63,135 bases of DNA, filler included, from Sandaracinaceae bacterium (GCA_947483975.1; 3 parts of 3 records of this genome joined end to end with filler, not necessarily neighbours in it); one strand, 5' to 3'. Counted from the first letter of the whole stretch, positions 40,885-52,300 are shown. A program made the numbers and translations. The notes: generated from the sequence alone by a model not told the origin.

Positions 40885-42094
40885 CGTCGTGCCGTACGTC
40901 GAGGCTGAGCTTCCAGCGCTCGGCGCCCTCGCGCGGCAGGGCGTCGAGCTCGAGCACGCCCACCTCGCTGACGGTCGCTTGCAGGCGCACGGTGACGACC
41001 TCGCCCGGCGTGCGCCCCGAGGTCGGCAGCTCCGCCTCGAGCTCCGCGAGCTCCTCGAGTTCGCCGTCGGCCCAGCGATCGAGGACGGTGCCGACGGTGT
41101 CGTCCCGCCGCACCGAGGAGCCGAAGAAGCGGAAGCGAACCGGCTCGCCGACGACTAGCCCGAGGTCCTCGGCGAGGAGCGCCGCGCTCGCGCCCTCTTC
41201 CATGCCGAAGGGTGCGACGCAGAGCGCGCGGATCGGTGGCTCGAGCCCGGGAACGGCGGGCATCGCGCTCTCGACTCCGACGTAGTAGGCGCGCGCCGTG
41301 CCGCCGCGAATGCGGATTCCCCCGCCGCGACGTGTGTACGCGTGATACGCCGCGCCGCGCGCGACGGCGAGGTCGAGATCTGCGCCCGGGAGCTCTCTCG
41401 GCAGCGGCGCGCCGACGCCGCTCAGCCAGGCGCCGAGCACCTCGAGCACGCGAGTGCGCAATAGCGTCGATTTGACGACTCCGCCGTTGAACAGCACGGC
41501 AGTCGGGCGCGCGAAGGTGGTATTTCCAGGCGTCGTGTTGGCCTGTCGCGCGAGGAACGCCGCGAGGTGCCGGGTGACCGCCGCGTCCTGCGCGTAGGGC
41601 AAGCCGAGCTGCGTGAGCCCCGCGCGGGGGCGTTGCGCAGGGCGCGCGCTCGCCTCGACCTTCGGGAAGAAGCCGTCGAGCACGACGCGCGTGACCTCGG
41701 CCCGCGTCAGCTCTGTGCGGAGGGAGCTCGCGACGAGCTTCGAGCCGCGGCTCGGCACCACGACCGGCACGCTCTCTGGTGCGTTCTCGGAGAGCAGCGA
41801 CTCCTTGGCCGAACGGCAGCCGTGCGCCAGCGCGACGAGCTGCCACGCGTCGAGCGACTTGCCCTCGGCCTCGAGCTTCTGTCGCACGAGGTGCGCGAGC
41901 GCGAGGTCCATGTTGTCGCCGCCGAGCAGGATGTGCTCGCCGACCGCGACGCGCTCGAGCGCGAGGGAGCCGCCGCTCTCGCGCACGGAGATGAGCGAGA
42001 AGTCCGTCGTGCCGCCGCCGACGTCGACGACGAGGATCACGTCGCCGACCGAGACGTCTCGGCGCCACGCGCCCTCGCTCCGGGCGATCCACGC
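40877..42094 (-). CDS. Hsp70/DnaK-like protein (5'-truncated by the contig end)
   Basis: VVDVGGGTTDFS, LLGGDNMD, VLFNGG, LAVARGAAY. Confidence 0.88.
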   Translation of the reverse strand, partial: AWIARSEGAWRRDVSVGDVILVVDVGGGTTDFSLISVRESGGSLALERVAVGEHILLGGDNMDLALAHLVRQKLEAEGKSLDAWQLVALAHGCRSAKESLLSENAPESVPVVVPSRGSKLVASSLRTELTRAEVTRVVLDGFFPKVEASARPAQRPRAGLTQLGLPYAQDAAVTRHLAAFLARQANTTPGNTTFARPTAVLFNGGVVKSTLLRTRVLEVLGAWLSGVGAPLPRELPGADLDLAVARGAAYHAYTRRGGGIRIRGGTARAYYVGVESAMPAVPGLEPPIRALCVAPFGMEEGASAALLAEDLGLVVGEPVRFRFFGSSVRRDDTVGTVLDRWADGELEELAELEAELPTSGRTPGEVVTVRLQATVSEVGVLELDALPREGAERWKLSLDVRHDVS

Positions 42095-42194
42095 NNNNNN
42101 NNNNNNNNNNNNNNNNNNNNNNNNNNNNNNNNNNNNNNTTAATTAATTAANNNNNNNNNNNNNNNNNNNNNNNNNNNNNNNNNNNNNNNNNNNN
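42095..42194. other. Artificial contig linker
   Basis: N44-TTAATTAATTAA-N44. Confidence 0.98.
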
Positions 42195-42736
42195 ACGAGG
42201 TTGTGCACCACGGACAGGTGACTCGAGTCGAAGAGCTGTATCCCGTTACCCCGATCGGCGGGGCGGAGGTCGGGTCGGCCGCGCACGTGGTTGTAGGCCA
42301 CGCGCGCGTCTTGGGTGCGGTGAATCCAGATGCCGTACTCGCAGGCGGTCAACTCGTTGTGCTCGATGACCGCGCCCTTGGCCTCGGGTTCGACGTAGAT
42401 GCAGGAGTCGGACGCGACGATGTCCACACCGCTGCCCCGCACGGCCAGTCCCTCGACGCGCGCGTGCGCGGCGGTGACCCGCAGGACCGTGCCGCGCCCC
42501 TCACCGTCGAGCGTCCCGCCGCGCCCGCGGAGCGTGATCGCGCGGTCGAGGACGACGTGCTCGCGATAGGTGCCGGGCGGAACCTCCACGACGTCCCCCG
42601 CGACCGAACGCGCGATCGCGGCTTGGATGCCATCGGCGCCGACCGTGCGCACCTCGGCGCGCGCGACGGTCGCCGCCAGCCCGCTGCACATCAGCAGCGC
42701 GATGGCGGCCAGCGCAGGGCGCGCACGCGGAGTCAC
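42195..42736 (-). CDS. nosD: Nitrous oxide reductase maturation protein NosD (3'-truncated)
   Basis: Signal peptide, GD...VPPGTYRE, LDGEGRG, RGNGIQLF beta-helix repeats; GTGA-coupled to nosR. Confidence 0.88.
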
Positions 42737-44841
42737 ACGCGCTCCTTCGCGCGCTCGAGCTCCGCGAGGCGCGCCTTCGACTCGTCGTCGGTGACGCCCT
42801 TGCGCACGAGTCGCTCGATCCCGATCAGCGGCGGGCACTTCTCGGGGTCGTTGTAGGTCGCCTCGCAGTCCATGCACGAGAGACACTCGCGCGCGTCGAT
42901 CGTCCCGTTGGGTCGAATCGCGCGGGGCTCGCACTCGCGCGTGCAGACCTTGCACGACGAGCAGAACTTCCGGCGCTTGGGCCCGCCGAAGCGGAAGCTG
43001 TTCAGCAGCGCGAGCCCGCCGCCTAGCGGACACAGATAGCGACAGAACGGTCGATACGTGACGAAAGACGCCGCGAGCAGGGCCGCCCACCACACGATGA
43101 AGCCCCAGTGCCGCGTCCAGATGGGCACGAGGAACGTCGACTTGAACGGCTCGATCTCCGCGAGCTTCTCGCCGAGCACCGACGAGTAGAGGAACGTCGC
43201 GACGAGCCCGACGAGCGCCACATAACGCAGGTTGCGCAGCACGCGATGCCAGCGGTCGGGGAGCTCCTTCGACTTCAAGCCGAAGAGCGCCGCGAGCTTG
43301 TGCATGAACTCGCTGAGCGCGCCGTAGGGGCAGACCCACCCGCAGAACACGCCCCGCCCCCAGTAGAGCGAGGTCCCGAAGATGAACACCCAGAGGATGA
43401 AGATGAGCGGCTCGCTCGCGAAGAGGTCGAAGCGCCACTCGTGCACGAGCGAGTCGATCAGCGTCAGGATCTGCGTCACCGACGGCTGCGCGTGCAGGAA
43501 CACGCCGATGAGCGCGAAGCCCGTCGCCATGCTCAGGAGGTGCATGCGGTCGAGGCGCTTGCGGCTCGCCGTGCTGCGGTTGCGCAGCGCGAACACTCCC
43601 GTGACGAGCGTCAGGTAGACGAGCAGCAGCGCGACGTCGACGCGGTGATTTCGCCACGCCTGAACCCAGACCGCGTCCGACTCCGATTCCTCGACGAAGT
43701 ACACGCTCGTCGGGAGCCGATGCGTCCCGCGGAACTCCCGAAATTCCCTCGAGAACGCCGAGCGATGATCGTAGCGACTGCCGAGGAATACGAGGTCGAA
43801 GGGCGCCCCCGGATCGACCTTCGCGCCGCGCGAGATGAAGCACGCGCCCTCGTGGAAGCGCGGCGCGTCGGGGGTCGCGATGGGCGAGAGGTTCGAGTAG
43901 TCCGTGTCGCGGAAGACGAGCTCGACGAGCCCTTGGTCGATCCGCACTCGGTCGAAGATCCCGCCGCGCACGAACGCCGAGCCCTTGAAGCTCTCGGTGC
44001 CATTGCCGAGCACGACGAAGAGATGTTCGCCTGGCGCGAGTCGCCCCTTGAGCAACGTGTACAGGCGCTCGCCGAGGAGCGAACGCCCTACCTGCGGAGC
44101 GTCCGCCATCGTGAAGTAGAGATCGACGAACGGCTCCGCGCTCGCGGACACGCCCATCTCGCGCTCTGTGACCGTCAGGCGCCCGAATACGTGCTCCTGC
44201 GTCATGCGCGCCCACGACCACACCTCGTGCGTCGCGACGAGGTGCCCCGGATTCAAGCGCGCGGCGTCGACGACGCCAGTGGCGGTGCCAACCACGCGGG
44301 CCGTCTCGAGGATCGTGCGATTCTGGACGAGGGCCGTGACCGTCGCGCCGGAGATGCTGTCGACCTCGACCGCGCCGGGGGTCGACGAGTGACCGACCAC
44401 GACGCGCGCATCGGCCCGCAATCCCGTGTAGCGAGCCGTGAATTCGTGCAGGCGCGCGACGGGAATACCGACGAGCAAGATGGGCTCGCTGTGGTGGATC
44501 ACGCGGGCGCCCGTGATCACTCCGTGCGGGTCGAGCCCGACGAGCGTGACGAGCGGCTTGCCCGAGTACGCGGCGATGTTCGCGACGTCCGTGGACATGG
44601 CGACCCAGCCGAGCGCCACGTGCGCGGCGTTGAAGCCGGCGACGAAGGGCTGCCCCGCGACGGGCTCAAAGCGCACCGCCCCTGGCAGGACCGCCGCACA
44701 ATCCATGCTGCGGCAGTCGAGGTGCGCTGGGGCGGGCGCCTGTCCGTATTGCGCGCTCGCGGGAGCGGAGCGCACTAGAAACGCCGCGGAGAGAATCCCT
44801 GCGAAGAGACTCAACCCGCGGCGGTACAGCGAGTGGTTCAC
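42733..44841 (-). CDS. nosR: NosR/NirI FMN-binding and Fe-S membrane protein
   Basis: YSGKP, HSEPILLVGI, VDSISGATVT (flavinylation motif), FCGWVCP, EPFK, FCRYLCP, CSSCKVCTREC; GTG start overlaps the nosZ stop. Confidence 0.92.
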   Translation of the reverse strand: MNHSLYRRGLSLFAGILSAAFLVRSAPASAQYGQAPAPAHLDCRSMDCAAVLPGAVRFEPVAGQPFVAGFNAAHVALGWVAMSTDVANIAAYSGKPLVTLVGLDPHGVITGARVIHHSEPILLVGIPVARLHEFTARYTGLRADARVVVGHSSTPGAVEVDSISGATVTALVQNRTILETARVVGTATGVVDAARLNPGHLVATHEVWSWARMTQEHVFGRLTVTEREMGVSASAEPFVDLYFTMADAPQVGRSLLGERLYTLLKGRLAPGEHLFVVLGNGTESFKGSAFVRGGIFDRVRIDQGLVELVFRDTDYSNLSPIATPDAPRFHEGACFISRGAKVDPGAPFDLVFLGSRYDHRSAFSREFREFRGTHRLPTSVYFVEESESDAVWVQAWRNHRVDVALLLVYLTLVTGVFALRNRSTASRKRLDRMHLLSMATGFALIGVFLHAQPSVTQILTLIDSLVHEWRFDLFASEPLIFILWVFIFGTSLYWGRGVFCGWVCPYGALSEFMHKLAALFGLKSKELPDRWHRVLRNLRYVALVGLVATFLYSSVLGEKLAEIEPFKSTFLVPIWTRHWGFIVWWAALLAASFVTYRPFCRYLCPLGGGLALLNSFRFGGPKRRKFCSSCKVCTRECEPRAIRPNGTIDARECLSCMDCEATYNDPEKCPPLIGIERLVRKGVTDDESKARLAELERAKERV

Positions 44842-46784
44842 GCCCGCGCTTCGACGAACATACGGCCGCGCATCTCGAGATGCAGGGCGTGACAGAACCA
44901 AGGGCAGTAGTACCAGAACATGCCCGGGCGGTCGGCGACGAAGGTCATGCTGCGCGTGTCCTGCGGATTGACCACGAAGTTCACGTCGTGGTGCGTCATG
45001 CAGAAGCCGTGCGTCAGGTCTTCGACGTCGTCCTGGTTCGTGACGATGATCTGGACGCTGTCGCCCTGCTTCACGTTGAACTCGGTGAGCGCGAAGCTCG
45101 GGGCGCGGCTCGTCATGTAGACGCGAACCGAGGTGTCCGACTTGCGGATGACGCGAGTGTCGGTGAGCAGGGTGATCCCGTCCTCGCGCGCCCAAGCCTC
45201 GTACATGTCGAAGCGCGGCCCGTTGCGCGTCATCATCTTGATCGGGTTGATGATGCTGCGCTCGACCATCACGCAGTCGTGCGGCTCGGGATAGGTCGGG
45301 CCGTCGTGCATCAGCACCATCCGCTCGCCCGAGATGTCGATCAGCTGATCGTTCTCGGGGTGAAGCGGACCGACGTTGAGGAAGCGGTCCTTCGAGAACT
45401 TACAGAGCGCGATCAGCCACTTGCCGTCGGCGTCCTTCGTCTCGCTCATCGAGGCGTTGGTGTGACCCACCTGATAGTGGACGTCGATCTTCTGGACGAT
45501 CGGGTCGATGGTGTCGTCCGTGTGGGCCGCGATCGCCTTGGCGATGTTCCACTTGCAGATGACCGAGTCGATGAAGATGGAGGTGTAGGCGTTGCCGCGA
45601 CCGTCGAACGCGGTGTGCAGCGGGCCGAGGCCGAGCTCCGGCTCCGCGACGATGCACGCGATGGGCTGGATCGTGCCCGCGAAGGCCGCGTCGAGCTTCG
45701 CGATCTCGACGATCGAGGCGGTCGGCGAGAGCTTGCCGAGCGCGATGGCGTACTTGCCGTCCGGCGACACGTTGACGCCGTGGGGGCTCTTCGGGACGGG
45801 GATGCGCAGGACGTAGGGGCTGTTGGCGTTGCGCGCGTCGACGACGGGAACTGGGGAGTCGCCGAGGCGAATGACGTCCGTGCCCGCGGCGACGGCCGCC
45901 GTGATGCGCGCGAGGTTGAAGACGTAGAGGAAGTCCTTCTCCGCGGCCATCATGTCGGCGAGGTGCGCGCCGCGCTCCGAGTTGTAGCAAGTCGCGAACG
46001 AGTACTTGCCCTCATAGTCCGTCGCGCAGAGGTCCATGTTGCCGTCGACCAGCACCTGCCACTTGAGCTCCATCGTCTCGCCGTCGATGGCGGTGTGGAG
46101 CGCGCTGTACGTGTGCGGATCCTGGGGATTCGTCCCCGGAATGGGCAGCGGAGCCTGGAACTCGCTGTTGCAGAACACGAGGCCCGTGTGGTGACGCTGC
46201 GGGAAGATGCCGTGCGTGCCGTGGCCGAAGGGCACGGTGACGATGTGGTCGCACTCCATCGTGTCGCAGCGAACGCGCGCGACGCGGCCGCCGGCCTTGT
46301 CGTTGACGAAGATGAAGCGGCCGTCGTACGTCCCACCGTGGTAGGAGGGATGGACGTGGTGGGTGTCACCGCTCTCGCGGTTCCCGAGGAGCTGCTTCGA
46401 GAAATCGTCGCGGCCCCAGCCCGTGGCGGAGTCGCGATTGAACACCGGAATACGCTTCAGCTCGCGCATCGAGGGCACGCCGACGATGCGAATCTCGCCC
46501 GACTGACCGCCGCTCCAGAGGCCGTAATACGTATCGAGCTGCCCCGGCGGGACCTCGTTCGACGCGTGCGCGCCGCCGCCCGCGGGCTCCGGCGTCGGCG
46601 TCGGGGTGGCCGGCGGGGTCGGCGTGCTGTCGGCGGGCTTCGGACCACAACCGGGGAGCGTCGAGACGACGCCAGCGCCGATCACGAGCCCAGCTGCGCC
46701 GAGGAAGCCTCGACGACCCGTTTGAATCCGCTCCTCGGCGACCGTGGCTTCGGTCGCCTTCGTATCTTCGTCCTTGCGTGACAT
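44838..46784 (-). CDS. nosZ: Tat-dependent nitrous oxide reductase (clade I type)
   Basis: RRGFLG Tat motif; CuZ His motifs DTHH, THG, SPHG, GPLH, VGH, EPHD; KFSKDRF; CuA HGF...WYYCPWFCHALHLEM. Confidence 0.97.
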   Translation of the reverse strand: MSRKDEDTKATEATVAEERIQTGRRGFLGAAGLVIGAGVVSTLPGCGPKPADSTPTPPATPTPTPEPAGGGAHASNEVPPGQLDTYYGLWSGGQSGEIRIVGVPSMRELKRIPVFNRDSATGWGRDDFSKQLLGNRESGDTHHVHPSYHGGTYDGRFIFVNDKAGGRVARVRCDTMECDHIVTVPFGHGTHGIFPQRHHTGLVFCNSEFQAPLPIPGTNPQDPHTYSALHTAIDGETMELKWQVLVDGNMDLCATDYEGKYSFATCYNSERGAHLADMMAAEKDFLYVFNLARITAAVAAGTDVIRLGDSPVPVVDARNANSPYVLRIPVPKSPHGVNVSPDGKYAIALGKLSPTASIVEIAKLDAAFAGTIQPIACIVAEPELGLGPLHTAFDGRGNAYTSIFIDSVICKWNIAKAIAAHTDDTIDPIVQKIDVHYQVGHTNASMSETKDADGKWLIALCKFSKDRFLNVGPLHPENDQLIDISGERMVLMHDGPTYPEPHDCVMVERSIINPIKMMTRNGPRFDMYEAWAREDGITLLTDTRVIRKSDTSVRVYMTSRAPSFALTEFNVKQGDSVQIIVTNQDDVEDLTHGFCMTHHDVNFVVNPQDTRSMTFVADRPGMFWYYCPWFCHALHLEMRGRMFVEARA

Positions 46785-46899
46785 CGGTCAGACCTTCGGT
46801 AGACGCTGCGCGCAGTGAGGCACACCACGAGCAGTCGTGTGGTTGTTCGGCAAACAGCGTTGGCGGCTGTCCTTGTCCTATGGCCCTGGCCCCCCCGGC

Positions 46900-46915
46900 T
46901 ATGATCCACGTCATA
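46900..46915. promoter_or_regulatory. Putative CRP/FNR-family binding site upstream of nosZ
   Basis: Dyad TATGA-N6-TCATA, 116-131 bp upstream of the nosZ ATG. Confidence 0.5.
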
Positions 46916-47064
46916 CGCGCGGCGATTCGGAGCAGCAGGCTCGGTCTACCGAGCTTTTCGACCGGAGCGCGTTACTTCGTGGGTTGCCCACGGGCGCGAT
47001 ACGATCGCGAGCCGCAATCTACTGGGCAAGAGCCGCCCCTGATCACCCGAAGACCCATGCGCCC

Positions 47065-49320
47065 ATGAGAAATGCCCCGGCCGCCGTCCGACCTGCGCTC
47101 ACGCGCCGGAGCGCGCTGCCGTGCGGCGTCGGGCTCGCGCTCGCGGCGCTGCTCGCCTGCGCGGGCTGCGCGTCGGTCCCCGCCGGGCGGCGCGGCGTCA
47201 CGTCGCTCGACTTCGAGGGCGTCGACGCGATGGACGAGCGCGCGCTCGGGGCGTGCCTGGCGACGCAGGCGCGCACGCGCTTCTCGATCGACGTCAGCCC
47301 GAATCCGAGCCCCGCGTGTGGCGAGCCCGAGTTCGACGCTCCGCGCGTGCGCGCGGAGCTCTGGGCGTGGCCCTGGAGCGCGTGGCCGCTCTACGACCGC
47401 ACGATCTTCGAGCGCGACGCGGACCGCGTGCAGCGCTGGTACCGCGCGCGCGGCTTCTACGACGCGCGCGTGATCGAGGCGAACGTCGATCCGCCGGACG
47501 ACGTCGCGCCGACGTCCGACGACGACGAGGTGCGCCTGCGGATCCGCGTCGAGGAGGGCGAGCCGGTGCACGTCGGGCTCGTGCGCGTCGACGGCATTCG
47601 CGGGCTCGACGCCGCGCTGCAGGAGCAGCTGCGTCACGTCCCGGTGCTGTCGCTCGGGGACCGCTTCGACGAGGCGGCCTACGACGCCGACAAGAAGTCG
47701 CTGCTGCGCGCGCTCCGCGAGGCGTCGTACGCGCGCGCGTCGATCGAAGGCCGCGTGACCATCGACCCCGTGCGCCGCCTCGCGAAGGTCATCTACGACG
47801 TTCACCCCGGGCTCAGCTGCGTCTTCGGCGAGCTCGAGCTGCAGCTCGATGGCGAGCAGGTCCCCGCGGTGCCGATCATCGCGGCAGCGCAGCTCCGCGC
47901 GGGCGCGCCGTACAGCGACTCGGCCCTCGACGACGCGCAGCGCGCGATCTTCGCGCTCGGCGCGTTCTCCTCGGTCGAGGTCACCCCCGACATGAGCGGA
48001 CCGCTGCGCGTGCTGCGCATCGTCATCGCGGCGCGCACCGGGAACCTCGTCAGACGCGGCGTCGGTGCCGGTATGCAGCTCGGGCAGCCGTACGGCGCGT
48101 CGTTCCTCAACGCGGATGGCACGCAGGCCAACGACGCGACCTGGGACCTCCATCTGCTCGGCTTCTTCGAGCACCGAAACACGTTCGGTGGCCTGCGCCG
48201 CACGCGCCTCGAGGCGCGCCCGCGCGTCATCTTCGGCGACGTCTTCCCGAACGTGCCGACGCCCGCGCTCGGCTTGACGCTGCTCGCCGAATTCCGTCAG
48301 CCGTCGTTCCTCGAGTCGCGCACGAACCTCGTCGTCGGCTCTCGCTTCGACGTCGGCCCGGACGCGAACCAGGGCGACTTCCAGCGCTACGTCGTCGACG
48401 CGTGGGTGGGGCCGGAGCGCAGCTTCTTCGGCGGCAAGCTGTACCTGAACGCCTCCGTGCACGCGCTCTACTTCTCGCCGTTCCAGGTCGCGAGCACGGT
48501 GCGCGACCAGGTCGAGTACGGGATCGCCTTCCTCGAGCAGACCGTGCGGCTCGACCTGCGCGACGACGCAGTGAACCCGCACGCCGGCTTCTTCTTCCAG
48601 GTCGGGCTGCAGGAAGCCGGGCCGTCTCCGCCCGGCTCGTGGACGTACTTCCGCGCGACGCCCGAGGTGCGGGGCTACGCGCCGCTGCCGCTCGGCATCG
48701 TGCTCGCGGGGCGCTTCGCGCTCGGCATCATGGAGATCACCGACACCAGCCTGAACCAGACCATCGACGGTGCCCCCGCCGATGATCCGGCGACGACGGC
48801 CGTCGACGAGTCTCTGCCGACCTCGGGCGCGGGCTGGCTGGGGCCCGAGACGTACCGCCTGCGCGGCGGTGGCGCGAACTCCAACCGCGGCTTCCTGCCG
48901 GTGCGCCTCGGTGGGCGCACGCATGTGCTGCAGCGACCGTCGGGGCTCCCGGGCGGCGGGACGGAGGACGTGACGGTGACGGACACGGCGCAGCTCGGCG
49001 GATTGCGCCGCTGGGAGGCGTCCCTCGAGCTGCGCGTACCGCTGACGGAGAGCATCGGCGTGGTGCTCTTCGCGGACGCCGGCGACGTCAACCCGACGAA
49101 GCAGTTCCGCTTCTTCGCGCCGCAGCTCACGCTCGGCTTCGGCCTCCGCTACCGCACGATCATCGGCCCGATTCGCCTCGATCTCGGCCTCCGGCAGCCG
49201 TGGGCGCGCTGCTTCGGCGCCGCCTCGAGCTGCCCGCCTGACCCGGCGCCGCAGTCGTTCCTCTTCGACGCGTGGAAGATCAACGGCGCGATCCACATCA
49301 CGATCGGGGAGGCCTTCTGA
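47065..49320 (+). CDS. tamA: TamA/BamA-family Omp85 outer-membrane protein
   Basis: Possible lipobox CAGC; POTRA (YRARGFYDARV); GGANSNRGF, GLRYRTIIGPIRLD, C-terminal IGEAF; followed by tamB. Confidence 0.85.
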   Translation: MRNAPAAVRPALTRRSALPCGVGLALAALLACAGCASVPAGRRGVTSLDFEGVDAMDERALGACLATQARTRFSIDVSPNPSPACGEPEFDAPRVRAELWAWPWSAWPLYDRTIFERDADRVQRWYRARGFYDARVIEANVDPPDDVAPTSDDDEVRLRIRVEEGEPVHVGLVRVDGIRGLDAALQEQLRHVPVLSLGDRFDEAAYDADKKSLLRALREASYARASIEGRVTIDPVRRLAKVIYDVHPGLSCVFGELELQLDGEQVPAVPIIAAAQLRAGAPYSDSALDDAQRAIFALGAFSSVEVTPDMSGPLRVLRIVIAARTGNLVRRGVGAGMQLGQPYGASFLNADGTQANDATWDLHLLGFFEHRNTFGGLRRTRLEARPRVIFGDVFPNVPTPALGLTLLAEFRQPSFLESRTNLVVGSRFDVGPDANQGDFQRYVVDAWVGPERSFFGGKLYLNASVHALYFSPFQVASTVRDQVEYGIAFLEQTVRLDLRDDAVNPHAGFFFQVGLQEAGPSPPGSWTYFRATPEVRGYAPLPLGIVLAGRFALGIMEITDTSLNQTIDGAPADDPATTAVDESLPTSGAGWLGPETYRLRGGGANSNRGFLPVRLGGRTHVLQRPSGLPGGGTEDVTVTDTAQLGGLRRWEASLELRVPLTESIGVVLFADAGDVNPTKQFRFFAPQLTLGFGLRYRTIIGPIRLDLGLRQPWARCFGAASSCPPDPAPQSFLFDAWKINGAIHITIGEAF

Positions 49321-52300
49321 TGTGGAAGGCGGGCGCGCGCATCGTCGGCTGGACGAGCCTCGGCGCGCTCGCGCTCGCGGCGTCGCTGGTCGCGCACACG
49401 CGCACAGGCCTATTTTTGAGGGCTGCGCGGGACACGACGAACACGCTCGTCTCGGACGCGCTCGCGGGGGACCTCACGATCGGGCGCATCGAGCGCCTCG
49501 ACCTCGAGCGCGTCGTCGTAAGACACGTCGTCATACACGACCCGGCCGGTCGGCGCGTCATCGTGGCGGACCGCGTCGAGGCCGTGCCGAACGTCCGCGC
49601 GCTGCTGCGCGGCGTCGTCGCGCTCGACCGCGTGCGGGTGCGCGGCGGGGCCGTGCGTCTGATCACGACGCCGCAAGACGCGATCCCTTCGCTCGCGTCG
49701 GCGTTCTACTCCGCGACGCCTTCCACGGGCCCCGCGGGCGCGACCCCGACGGTGCGCCTGCGCGATCTCGCGGTCGAAGACCTGCTCGCGTACGGCGACG
49801 AGCCCGGCGTGAAGAACCTGCGCGTCGAGCACCTCTACGCGCGCGGCAGCCTCACGCTCGAGCACGACGCGCTCGCCCTGCGCCTGCGCGACGTGCGCGG
49901 TCACGTCGTGTCGCCGTACCGCCCGAGCGTCGACCTGACGGGCGGCTATGGGCTGATCACCAACGACCCGCACCGCACGGTCGAGCTTCACGCCGACCTG
50001 ACCTCGCGGCCGACGACGCCACGCGAGCCCGACCGAGCGCGGGCCCGCGTGCGCGTGTTTCTCCCGGCGGGCGAGCCCACGACCTCACCGCAGCACGTCG
50101 AGGTGCTCGTGCACGCCGACCCCGTCTCGCCCGAGCTGATCAGCTCGGTGGGTGTGCCGGGGCTCGACGCGCTGCGCGTGCCCTTCGTGCGCGGCTGGGC
50201 GAGCCTGAGCGGCCCGCCCGACGAGCTGCGCGTGCTCGCGTCGCTGACCTCCGACGCCGGCGACGTGACGGCGCAGGGCGTGATTCGCCCGGGAACGCGC
50301 GTCGAGATGAGCGCGCAGACGCCCGGCCTCGCGCTCGACGCGCTCCTCCACGCCGGCCCGCCGCTGCGGGTTGGCGGGCGGGCGCGGCTGACGGTGGCGC
50401 TCGCGCCCGACGACCTCACCGCGCCCACGTTTCACGCGGAGCTCGAGCCGTTCTTGTTCGATCGCTGGGCCGTGCCCGCCCTCACCGCGGACGGCGCGAT
50501 CGAGCCGGAGCGCGTGCGCCTCGACCGCCTCGACATGCCCGACGCGGGCGGCTCGGTGGAGGGCTCTGGCCTCGTCTACTTCGACGGAGCGCTCGACGTG
50601 CACGCCCGCGCGCACATCCCGCAGGTCGCGCGCGATCCCAACGTGCGCAGGGTGATGCCCGGCGCGCGCGCCTCGCTCGACGCGGACCTGCACGCCGTCG
50701 TCACCGCGGGCCCAGACCCGCGCGTCGACGTGCGCGGTCAGCTCGCGCTCGGCGGCGTGCGCGCAGGACCAGTGCAGGCAGGGCGCCTGCGCGTGAGCGG
50801 ACGGATGAGCGGCGACCCCCGGCGGCCGCAGGTCAACGCGTCCGCGACGGCGCAGGCGCTGTCTGTCAGCGGCTACACGCTCGGCGACGGGACGGCGACC
50901 GTGCGCGGCGGCCCCGCGAGCTACGACACGCGCGTGCACTTCGCGGACGGCGCGCGGCGGATCGAGGTCGACGCGGCCGTCGGACACCGCGGCGCGACCT
51001 GGCAAGTGGACGCGCAGCGAGTCGAGCTCGCGGTGGGGGACGCCGCTTGGCGCGGACAAGTGCTCGGCCTGCGCCTCACGCCGGGGCGGTCGGTGGAGGT
51101 CGAGAACCTGCGCCTCGCGAGCGGCTCGCAGCGCCTCGAGGCGCACGGCCGCTATGGCCTCGACCGCGTCGGCGGGCGCACCTTCGACGCGGAGCTGCAG
51201 GGCCTCGACGTCGGCGCGTTCTCGCCGTTCGTGGCGCAGCTCGCGGGCTACAGCGGCCTCGTCGACGCGCACATCACGATGGCCGGCGACCGCGACCGGC
51301 CGAACGTGTCGGTCGAGGGCGCGGTGCGCGAGGGCGGCGCGTTCGGCCTGCGCGGGATCGAGGCCGTGTACGTGCTGCGCTACGACGTCGGCGCGCTCGA
51401 GCTCGACACGGAGGTCACCGTCGGCGAGCACGGCACGTTCGCGGTCAACGTGCTCGGGCTGCTCGATCCGACGCGCCCCGACGTCGTCGAGGCCCTTCAC
51501 GAGGCGCAGTACGAGGCGCGCCTCGACCTCGCGCGTCTCGACCTCGACTTCCTCCACGAGGTGCTCGGTAGCCGGGCCCCGGACCTCGATGGCTCCGCGA
51601 CGGGGAGCGTGTCCTTCCGCGGCAGCCTCGACGCGCCGCAGCTCGACGGCGCGGTGCGCTTCGACGACCTCGTGTACGCCGGGCAGCCGCCGATGAACGC
51701 GGCCTTCGCGGCGATGTACGACGGCACGCAGCTCTCGATGAACGTGGACGTCGCGGTCGGCGGCGGGCCGCTGCTGCACGCAGAGTCGCGCGGCTCGCTG
51801 CCGCTGCACGCGCTCCTCGACGAGCGCTACGACCCGCTCACGGCGCTGCGCAGCGAGCCCTGGCAGCTGCACGTGCGCGTGCCGACGCGGCGCCTCGATC
51901 GGCTGCCGCCGCCGTGGAGCGACCGCACGGCGAGCCTGCCCGTGAGCGTCGGCGGCGAGCTCTTCCTCGAGGGCGGCGGAGCCGAAGGGACGCACGGCGA
52001 CCTGCACGCCTCGGGCACCTGGGCCCCCGACGACACCGCCCTCGCCTGCGCGCGCGACGCGCAGCCGCGCTACACGGTCACCGCGACGCTCGGCGGCGGG
52101 ACCGCCTCCGCGACGGTGCGCGGCTTCGTCGACCCGGTCGACTACTTCGTCGAAGCGCGCGCGACGGCGCCGCTGCCGGTCGACGCCTGGCTCGCCGCGG
52201 GCGCGCTGCCGAGCGCGCTGCCGCCGGTGCACCTCGACGCGACGCTGCCCGGCGTCGAGCTCGGCGGAGTGCCGTACGTCTGCCGCACGACGACGGGCGC

